Assembly: GCA_964490075.1 (NCBI GenBank)
Contig: CAZBBK010000013.1
Span: 62,001 to 98,391, forward strand
DNA: 36,391 bases
Direction: 5' to 3'
From: an uncultured Gemmatimonadota bacterium
GTDB lineage: Bacteria > GCA-2686955
How positions within the stretch are numbered: the first letter of the stretch is position 1; the number at the start of each line of letters is the position of its first letter. Below the pieces are notes generated by a model that ran no database searches, was not told where the DNA came from, and worked only from the letters and a program-made list of their open reading frames with translations. The position numbers were made by a program, and so were the translations under genes. Of the stretch, positions 9,391-16,922 are shown piece after piece.

Positions 9391-9574
9391 GCGCCGCCGC
9401 CCGGGATTTGAGCGCTAAAGGAATCTGTCCGGTGCTCCAGTCCTACCGCAGCCTCGGCCCCGCCGATCTCTCGAAGGTCCCTTATTGGCTCTGGAGCTCT
9501 GCTCGCGAGGCGGGGAAACGACGCCGTTTCGACGACGAGGGCTCGACATCGGCGGTCTGGAAGCTCCTCGCGCG

Positions 9575-10630
9575 CTAGAACCGCAAATCGAGCTGCACCA
9601 AAAGCTCGTTGTTGTCGACCTCGGTCCCCTCTTCGTCGTAGAGGTTGTAGTTGGCTCGGATCGCGACGTGGTCGTTCAGGTGACAATTTGCCCCGAGGCT
9701 AGTCAGCAGCTCCTGGTCATCGGCGATTTCGTCGTTCGGATCGTACTGCTCGTAGCGGGCCAGCGCGGTGATGTGGGGACTGATCTGGTAGGAGGCGAGC
9801 GCGTGCCAGCTCCAGGTCAGCAGGTCGGAACCGTCTCCTTCCCGAGACTGCGCGATGTACTCCGACTGCAGTGTGATTTTTTCGGCCGCGTAGGCGAGCA
9901 GCCCGGAGATACGCTCTCGCTTCTTGCCGAGGCCCTCCTCTTCGAGCTGGTCGCCGCCCCAATAGGCGCCGCCGAGACGGAGGGGACTCAGAGGCGATTC
10001 CATGCCCTTGAAGGGCTGCAAGACTGCGCGAGCCACCAGGTCCTTGGCATCGTTGACATCGTCTATGTTGACTCCCGATCCATTGAAGACACCGAGCGAG
10101 AGCCGACACTTGCCCTGAAGGAGCTCACTGCCGAGCACGAGGCCGATGTCTCGCGGAGAGATCCTCGGGTTGTCGGCGGAGCTGCCGGCATGGGTCTCGT
10201 AGATCCGCGGGCCGCGGATCAGCGGTTGCGACGGCGCCGGATTCGCGAATGACAGTCCCGCCTCCGAGAAGGGCACCTTGAACTGGCCGACGCGCACGCT
10301 GAAGCGCTCATCCGGAGCGTAGGTCAGAAAGGCATCCCAGAGCGTGTTCTTGCGAATGCTGTACAGGACTTTGTAGCTGGTATTGGAAGCCAAACGACCA
10401 GCGAAGTAGAGCTTCACTTCCGCCACATCGAAATCGTCGGGGCTGGTCGATTCCGGATCGTCGGCGTCCTCCGTGGCGTTGTAGCGAATAAACGCCACGC
10501 CCTTGATAGAAGCATCCAGACTTCCGCTGGCGATCTGAATCCCGGTGTCGCTCTCGGCCGCCGCGGTCGAGAGCGGAGCGCCGGCAAGGGCGCCCGCCAC
10601 CAAAGCTACCATCAGCTGTATCGATCTCAT
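9575..10630 (-). CDS. Outer-membrane porin (phosphate-selective porin O/P-like beta-barrel)
   Basis: Signal peptide, VRVGQFKVPFSE, RDIGLVL and GVFNGSG motifs, C-terminal Phe (QLDLRF). ATGA overlap with the upstream fusion gene. Confidence 0.85.
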   Translation of the reverse strand: MRSIQLMVALVAGALAGAPLSTAAAESDTGIQIASGSLDASIKGVAFIRYNATEDADDPESTSPDDFDVAEVKLYFAGRLASNTSYKVLYSIRKNTLWDAFLTYAPDERFSVRVGQFKVPFSEAGLSFANPAPSQPLIRGPRIYETHAGSSADNPRISPRDIGLVLGSELLQGKCRLSLGVFNGSGVNIDDVNDAKDLVARAVLQPFKGMESPLSPLRLGGAYWGGDQLEEEGLGKKRERISGLLAYAAEKITLQSEYIAQSREGDGSDLLTWSWHALASYQISPHITALARYEQYDPNDEIADDQELLTSLGANCHLNDHVAIRANYNLYDEEGTEVDNNELLVQLDLRF

Positions 10631-12372
10631 CGCGCATTTCCTTTCATCACTACCGACAGCTCCTCCATCAGACGCAACATCTCCTCGGCCGGCACGAAGT
10701 CGACCACGCGTAGCTCACGGTGCTCTCTGCCCTGATCGTCGAGCATGATCAGAGTCGGAACCCCTTTCACCTCGTAATGTCTCAGCAGACGATCGTGCAG
10801 CGGGTTGTCGCCGCCGGTCACGTCCACCTTGATCATCACCAGGTCCTTGGCGGCTTGCACCACCCGCGAATCGTGAAACGTCTCGGCTTCCAGCTTACGG
10901 CATGGCGTGCACCACCCGGCCGAAAAGTCGATGATGACCGCTTTGCCCTCTCGGCTCGCGTGAGCGAGGAGCTCATCGGAGTAGTGTTGCCAGCCGACCC
11001 CGGGCCCGAGCAACGCCCAGGCGGTGATCAGGTAGGTTCCGAGCACCACGCCCGACAATCCCATGGCGCGTTTGATCCAGGCGAAGCTGCGGAAGCTCGC
11101 GACGATCGGATCGAGCCAGCCTACCGCAACCCCCGCGACCAGAGCAACCGTCGCGATCGTCAGCAGGCCGAGGGGCTCGGGCAGAATCGGGCGCAGAAAA
11201 TAGGCCGCCATCCCGATCAGGATCCAACCCATCAGCCGGCGCACCCAGAGCATCCACTCGCCGGAGCGCGGCAGCCGATCGATGCGACCGGAGAAGACCG
11301 CCAGCGCGAAGAGGGGCAGCCCCAGTCCGAGGCTGAGGGTGAAGAAGATCAGGAATCCGTACCAGGCGCTGCCGCTCTCGGCCACCAGCGTGAGCAGGCC
11401 GAGCACGAAGGGCCCGATGCAGGGCGCGGCCACCACGCCCATCGCCAGTCCCATGAAGAGAGTGCCGAAGTAGCCGCCGTGGGAGCGCGCCGCCACCTGG
11501 GTCAGCCCGCTGGGCATGCGCATCTCCCACAATCCGAACATGCTGGTTGCCAGCAGCAGCAGAATTCCGGCCACCCCCACCAGCACCAACGGATTCTGCA
11601 GCAGCGCCCCCATCATGCCGCCGGTGAGTCCCGCCACCACGCCGAGCGCGGAGTTGGTGATCACCAGTCCGGCCAGGTAGCAGAGACCGTGGACCACCAC
11701 CGCACCCTGGGATCTGCCCGAGCGGCCACCGAAGTAGGTCACGGTGATCGGAATCAGAGGGTAGACGCAGGGGGTGAGGTTGAGGGCCAGTCCTCCCACG
11801 AACACTCCGGCGAGCATGAGCACCAGGGCCCAGCCGAACACCGGCACGGCCGGCACCTCGGTCTCCTCGATCGCCGGCGAATCGACGCTCGCCACCGGCA
11901 GACCGTGCTCCCGCCAGTCCGGGAACCCCTCCGGGTAGCGATAGACTTTCTCGTATCCCAGTGAGACGGCCACACGGGCCGCCGAGTCGCTGCGGACTCA
12001 GGTGAAGCCCGCTCAGTAGAATGCGATCAAGGCGTCCGAGTGCGGCTCCAGCAGCTTGTCGATTTTGCCGCGGGCGCGCCACCGGGCCCACCAGGTCGGC
12101 TCCATCGAGAAGTGCAGCGAGCCGGGGATGTGGCCGGTGCGATGCTCCCAGGCCTGGCGGGTGTCGACCAGCGCCACGCTCTTGGGATCGTTCTCGATCG
12201 CGCGCACCAGCTCGTCGGCCTCGATCAGCCCGTAGCCGCCTTTGCGTGCCTCTTTCTCCAGCTGCGCCTGTTGCTCGGGCGTGGCATCGGCGATCGCGAT
12301 CCCGGGCCACGCCAGCAGAGCTGCCAGGAGCACCAGACCAAGCGGTACGCGTCTATCGATGGAGTCCTTCAC
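10627..12372 (-). CDS. Predicted double-selenocysteine protein: signal peptide + rhodanese (UxxxxU) + DsbD/CcdA transmembrane domain + thioredoxin-like domain, 581 aa
   Basis: ORFs 12013..12372 and 10627..11973 share one frame and are separated only by TGA at 12013-12015 and TGA at 11998-12000. Read-through gives LVDTRQAWEHRTGHIPGS...IAFY-U-AGFT-U-VRSDSAARVAVSLGYEKVYRYPEGFPDW, a complete rhodanese domain. It continues into TPCVYP and APCIGP (DsbD beta) and WCTPC (Trx). GGAGG precedes the GTG start. Confidence 0.88.
11965..11999 (-). promoter_or_regulatory. Two tandem bacterial SECIS-like hairpins
   Basis: mRNA GAGUC-CGCAGC-GACUC has its loop starting 18 nt after UGA1. GGCGGCC-CGUGU-GGCCGUC has its loop starting 21 nt after UGA2. 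Both have G at loop position 2. Confidence 0.6.
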
Positions 12373-13394
12373 GATGATCCTCCGGCCGCCGAAGAAGCCG
12401 ACACTTGCGCGTCATCGGAGCGCAGGCGTTGAACCAGCGGTGTGACCCAACTGCCGGCCATCGCCGCCGGCACGAAGAGCAGCGCGCCCGGGGCCAGCAG
12501 GGGCGTGGCGCTCAGCCCCAGCCCGACCGTGCAGCCGGCCGCCAGGGCACCGCCGAGTCCCAGCCCGATGCCGCCGGCGAAGGCGGTCGCGAGCTTGCGC
12601 GGCGACGCCTTCGACCACTTGAAGCGGCCCTCGACCCGGGCGGCCGCGTGGGCCCCCAGGGTAATCGCCACCACCAGCACCGCGGCTGCGTCCAGGCGCC
12701 CGGGTCCGGCGCCCAGCAGCGCCTCGAACCAGCTGATGTTGCCGGGGATGATCGCCAGTCCATGGCCGCGTCCATCGACCGCCGCCAGCGCCCAGGCGCC
12801 GATGCCGACCGCTCCGATCACCACACCGGTGCGACGCCAGTCCCAGGCCCCGCGGGCCGCGGTCGATGGCTTCAGGCGACTCGCGACCACCAGCAGCAAT
12901 AAGGCCAGCGGCAGGGCAAGGGTCCACAGCGGTAGACCCGCCAGGCGCGGCGGATCGATCGGAGCCGGCACCGGCGCACCGCCGCCCCCGCCCGCCAGGT
13001 GGACGATCAGTCCGATCGACGCCGTGAAACCGGCGACCGCGGCCGTGCAGGCGACACTTCCTTCGCCGACATGTTGCCACACTCCCGCTCCGCAGCCACC
13101 GGCGGGCGCCATGGCGAAGCCGAAGATCAGGCCGCCCAGCAGCACCCTTCCGACATCGAATCCGATCTCGGGCAGCGCCAGCCATCCGGCCGCCGCCAGC
13201 AGCGGCAGCACCGCCATCTGCACCGCGACCGCCAGCCACAAGGTGTGGAACTTGCCGAAGCGCCTCCTGACCAGGAGGTCCCGAAAACCGGAGTTCAGTC
13301 AGAAGCGGCCGCGGCTCGCCGCGTAGCCGTAGGCGAAGCCGAGCGCCGCCCCTGAGAGCAGGGTGAGGCTGGTGTGGAGCATGGCTGGGTCCAT
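12369..13394 (-). CDS. YeeE/YedE-family thiosulfate/sulfur(selenium) transporter, predicted selenoprotein (U32), 341 aa
   Basis: ATG 13394, 3 nt after the ArsR stop, is in frame with ORF 12369..13241 through one TGA at 13299-13301. The translation is GAALGFAYGYAASRGRF-U-LNSGFRD, matching the family RxRFC motif. GGLIFGFAMAPAGGC and GLGGALAAGC follow. Confidence 0.88.
13263..13278 (-). promoter_or_regulatory. SECIS-like hairpin of the YeeE/YedE gene
   Basis: mRNA CCUCCU-GGUC-AGGAGG forms a perfect 6-bp stem with a G-initiated 4-nt loop starting 26 nt after the UGA. A lower stem GAACU/AGUUC is also possible. Confidence 0.7.
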
Positions 13395-13397
13395 CCG

Positions 13398-13715
13398 CTA
13401 CGGCTTCTTGGTGACGCAGCAGGTCGGGGCGGGCGGCTCGGCCGCCGCCTCGTCGTCGAGCAGGGCGACGAGTTGCGCGATGCGCGGGTCGCAGAGGTAG
13501 TAGCAGCGCAGCCGGCCGTGCACGTAGAAGTCCACGACCCCGCGCTTGCGCAGGACCGCAAGATGCTGCGAGACATTCGGTTGAGGAATCCCGAGGTTGG
13601 GCTCGAGGTCGGAGACGCAGAGCGGATCTCCCTCCTCCGCCAGGCGTTTGATGATCCGAATCCGCGTGGGGTGGGCGATCGTTCGCAGCAGCAGGGCCTT
13701 GGCTTCGACGTCCAT
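13398..13715 (-). CDS. ArsR/SmtB-family transcriptional repressor with five Cys
   Basis: IAHPTRIRII, LCVSDL and QPNVSQHLAVLRKRGVV motifs, plus RCYYLC and a C-terminal TCC. Confidence 0.93.
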   Translation of the reverse strand: MDVEAKALLLRTIAHPTRIRIIKRLAEEGDPLCVSDLEPNLGIPQPNVSQHLAVLRKRGVVDFYVHGRLRCYYLCDPRIAQLVALLDDEAAAEPPAPTCCVTKKP

Positions 13716-13721
13716 GCGGAT

Positions 13722-13750
13722 ACGATAGGGAAGCCATCATATGCCGTCAA
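13722..13750 (-). promoter_or_regulatory. Sigma70-type promoter of the arsR-yeeE-rhodanese/dsbD-porin operon (probably leaderless)
   Basis: Minus strand TTGACG (13750-13745), 17 nt, TATCGT (13727-13722), 6 nt, then ATG. No Shine-Dalgarno sequence. The region is an AT-rich island. Confidence 0.7.
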
Positions 13751-13797
13751 GGATATATATTAGATCGGCCAGGGTTTCTCTGGCGGCGCCCTTCTGG

Positions 13798-16700
13798 TCA
13801 GCTCGCGATCCGCCGCCGCACGCCGCGTCCGTGGAAACGGCCGACGTGCAGCACGCGCGCCACGTCGTCGACCAGGCTATAGAGCGAGGGGATGACCAGC
13901 AGGGTCAGGAAGGTGGCGACGGTCAGGCCCCAGACGATGGTGCTGGCCAGCGGACCCCAGACCGGGGAGTGGCCGCCGATGCCGAGCATCATCGGCAGCA
14001 GGCCGAAGACGGTGGTGAGGGTGGTCAGGCAGATCGGCCGCAGGCGGGTGCGGCCGGCATCGAGCACGGCGTCGCGCAGACTCAGGCCCCGCTCGCGCCC
14101 CATGTTGATGAACTCGATCAGGACCAGCGAGTCGTTGACGACCACCCCGGCCAGCGCCACGAAGCCGTAGAGAGTGGTGATGGTGAGAGTGTCGCCGCTC
14201 AAGGTGAGACTGATGGCGGCGCCGGCCAAACCGATCGGGATGGTGTAGAGGATGATCAGGGGCTGCACGAAGGAACGGAACTGCGCGCCGAGGATCATGT
14301 AGATCAGCAGCAGGCCGAGCAGGCCCAGGCGGCCGATGCCGCTCAGCGCCTTTTCGAACTCCTTCATCTCGCCGCCGAAGTCGAGACGGTATCCCGGGAA
14401 GCCGGGGGCGAGCTGCGCGAATCGTTGCTCCACCCAGCGTGCCACGTCGCCGCCCGACATGCCGCCTCCCTTCAGGTTGCCGCTGATGGTCACGGCGCGA
14501 TCACCGTCGAAGCGCGGGACCGCGCTCAGGCCTTCGGCGACTTGGACGGATGCGACCTCGCTGAGCGGCACGCTGCCGCCGCTTCGGGTGGGGACTCGCA
14601 GCGACAGAATATCGGCGATGTCGCGCCGGTAGCGCTCGTCGAGGCGCACCACGACGTCGATCTTTTCGTCGCCGTCCAGGTAGCTGGTGGCCACCTCGCC
14701 GTCGAGGGCGGTGCGCACGTGGGTCGCCAGGGCGGCGTTGTCGAGGGCCACCATGCCCGCCACATCGGGGCGCAGGCGCAGCTCGAGCACCTGCTTGCCG
14801 GGGCGCAGATTGTGGTCGACGTCGACCACTCCGGGCAGGGCGCCGAGCTCGTCGCGCAACAGGTTGCCGAGCAGCTCCAGATCGTCGAGGTAGGGACCCT
14901 TGATCTTGAACTCGATCGCCGCGCCGGCCGGCGGGCCGTCGGTCTTCTCCCAGATCTTGACCGTCTCGAGCCCGGTCAGCGAGGCGACGCGCGAGCGGAT
15001 CTGGTCGGTGATCTGGCGCATCGAGCGCGTCCGGTCGTCGTTCGGCACCAGGTCGACGTAGACCTCGCCCACCGCCGTGTTCCAGATCCAGTCGGTGTCG
15101 GTACGGAGCAATCCGGCGGTGGTGATCACCGATCCGCGCTCGGCGGGGTCGATGGTGTCGAGCACGATCTCCTCGAAGCGGTGCATCTGGGCGTCCATCG
15201 CCTCGAGGGTGGTCCCCTCGGGAGCCCACACCTGCACCCAGAACTGGCCCGATTCCTCGCCGGCGAAGAGGTCGGCGTCGGCCAGCTTCCAGGCGATCAC
15301 CCCCACCGAGAGGATCGGCAGCACGGTGGCCAGGGCACCGACCGCGTAGCGATGGTCGAAGCAGAGCGCCAGGAGGTGCGAGTAGCGGGGGCGGACGCGG
15401 TCCAGCAGCCGGCTGCCGAAAGGCGGGCGGTCGTCACCGGCGACGATGCGACCCCAGTCGGCGACGTGCGCCGGCAGCACGATGAGCGCCTCGAAGAGCG
15501 AGACCGCCAGGGCCACCGAGACGACGATCGGCACCACCTTCAGGAACTCGCCCATGATGCCGGGCAGCAGCATCAGGGGCAGGAAGCCGGCGATGGTGGT
15601 CAGGGAGGAGGTGAGCACCGGCAGCGCCACCTCCGACATGCCCCGGATCACCGCGCGATGCGGAGAGCTGCCCTGCTGGATGTGGCGGAAGACGTTCTCG
15701 ATGATGACGATGGCGTCGTCGACGATCATCCCCAACACCAGCACCAGGCCGAAGAGGGAGTTGCCGTTGAGGGTCTCGCCGATCAGGTCGAGGAAGAGGA
15801 AGGTGCCGGTGAAGCTGACGGCGATGCCGAGCGCGGCGAAGAGGGCGTTGCGCGCCTCCAGGAAGAGCAGCAGGGTGAGGATGACCAGGATCAGGCCGAA
15901 GCCGGCGTTGCGGTAGAGGGTGCGCAGGATGTCGCGGATTCCGACCGTCGAGTCGCCGCTCAGGCGGACTTCGACCCCGGTGGGCATGCGCTCTTCGAAA
16001 CCTTCGGCGGCCTCGCGCACGCGGTCCAGCACGTCGAGGGCGTTGGCGGCGGCGCGGCGGGTGACGAAGAGGGCGAAGGCGGGTTGCCCGTCGAGGCGCG
16101 AGTAGGTCAGGGCGTCCTCGAAGCCGTCGCGCACCGCGGCCACGTCGCGGATGCGCAGATGGCCGCCGCCAGGGGAGGGGCGCAGGATGACCGATTCCAG
16201 CTCGGCGGCGCTGTCGACCTCGCCCTTGGTCTTGACCATGAACTCGACCTCGCCGACCGGATAGTTGCCGGCCGGCAGGTCGAGGTTGTGGGCGCGCAGC
16301 GCATCGACCACGGCAGAGAGCGGGAGGCCGGTGGCGTCCAAGGCGGCGGCGTCTACCTCGACGAAGACCTGGCGATCGCGGGTGCCGATCAGCGAGGCGT
16401 CGGAGATGCCTTCGACATCGAGGATCTCCTCGCGCAGGTCGTCGACCCAGCGCTTGAGCTGGGCCTCGGGGTAGTCGCCCGAGAGGGTGAGGTGGACCAG
16501 GGGCTCGAAGGTGGAGGTATCGAGATCGAAGTAGTCGATCTCCTCGACCCCCTCCGGAAGCTGGTCGCGGATCGCGTCGATTTCGCGCTGCACGTCCTGG
16601 AAGCGGCGCCGGTACTCGTCGCGCGGCATGGTCTCGAAGCGCACCGAGATCTGGCCCGAATTCTCGGTCGCCAGCGAGGTGATGGTGCTGATCCCTTCGA

Positions 16701-16920
16701 TCCCCTCGATCGCCTCTTCGATCTCACGGATCACCTTGCGCTCGATCTCTTCGGGGGTGGCCCCCGGGTAGATCGCAAACACGTAGACCCAGTTGAAGGT
16801 GATGTTGGGATAGGCCTCGCGCGGCATGCGGGCGAAGGCCAACAGGCCCATGACCAGCACGATCAGCGCCAGCATGTTGGTGAGAACGGTGTTCTCGATG
16901 ATGCGCCGGAACAGGCCCAT
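13798..16920 (-). CDS. RND efflux permease (AcrB/AcrD/AcrF-like), 1040 aa
   Basis: MPREAYPNI, GMIVDDAIVIIEN, GVVVNDSLVL and RLRPICLTTLTT motifs. The start is ATG 16920 (MGLFRRIIE); the 18225 start is a frame extension. Confidence 0.95.
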   Translation of the reverse strand: MGLFRRIIENTVLTNMLALIVLVMGLLAFARMPREAYPNITFNWVYVFAIYPGATPEEIERKVIREIEEAIEGIEGISTITSLATENSGQISVRFETMPRDEYRRRFQDVQREIDAIRDQLPEGVEEIDYFDLDTSTFEPLVHLTLSGDYPEAQLKRWVDDLREEILDVEGISDASLIGTRDRQVFVEVDAAALDATGLPLSAVVDALRAHNLDLPAGNYPVGEVEFMVKTKGEVDSAAELESVILRPSPGGGHLRIRDVAAVRDGFEDALTYSRLDGQPAFALFVTRRAAANALDVLDRVREAAEGFEERMPTGVEVRLSGDSTVGIRDILRTLYRNAGFGLILVILTLLLFLEARNALFAALGIAVSFTGTFLFLDLIGETLNGNSLFGLVLVLGMIVDDAIVIIENVFRHIQQGSSPHRAVIRGMSEVALPVLTSSLTTIAGFLPLMLLPGIMGEFLKVVPIVVSVALAVSLFEALIVLPAHVADWGRIVAGDDRPPFGSRLLDRVRPRYSHLLALCFDHRYAVGALATVLPILSVGVIAWKLADADLFAGEESGQFWVQVWAPEGTTLEAMDAQMHRFEEIVLDTIDPAERGSVITTAGLLRTDTDWIWNTAVGEVYVDLVPNDDRTRSMRQITDQIRSRVASLTGLETVKIWEKTDGPPAGAAIEFKIKGPYLDDLELLGNLLRDELGALPGVVDVDHNLRPGKQVLELRLRPDVAGMVALDNAALATHVRTALDGEVATSYLDGDEKIDVVVRLDERYRRDIADILSLRVPTRSGGSVPLSEVASVQVAEGLSAVPRFDGDRAVTISGNLKGGGMSGGDVARWVEQRFAQLAPGFPGYRLDFGGEMKEFEKALSGIGRLGLLGLLLIYMILGAQFRSFVQPLIILYTIPIGLAGAAISLTLSGDTLTITTLYGFVALAGVVVNDSLVLIEFINMGRERGLSLRDAVLDAGRTRLRPICLTTLTTVFGLLPMMLGIGGHSPVWGPLASTIVWGLTVATFLTLLVIPSLYSLVDDVARVLHVGRFHGRGVRRRIAS

Positions 16921-16922
16921 GC

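Noticed and set aside
10627-13394. Genome-wide reassignment of TGA (Trp or Gly) as the explanation for the in-frame TGAs
   Set aside because: TGA is the real stop of many intact genes here (e.g. hemB, hemC, the activator, hepT, and ATGA overlaps). The in-frame TGAs occur only at Cys positions.
10627-13394. Pseudogene interpretation of the yeeE and rhodanese genes
   Set aside because: All three stops are TGA, all lie at Cys-equivalent motif positions, and there are no frameshifts or TAA/TAG stops. Random decay would not look like this.
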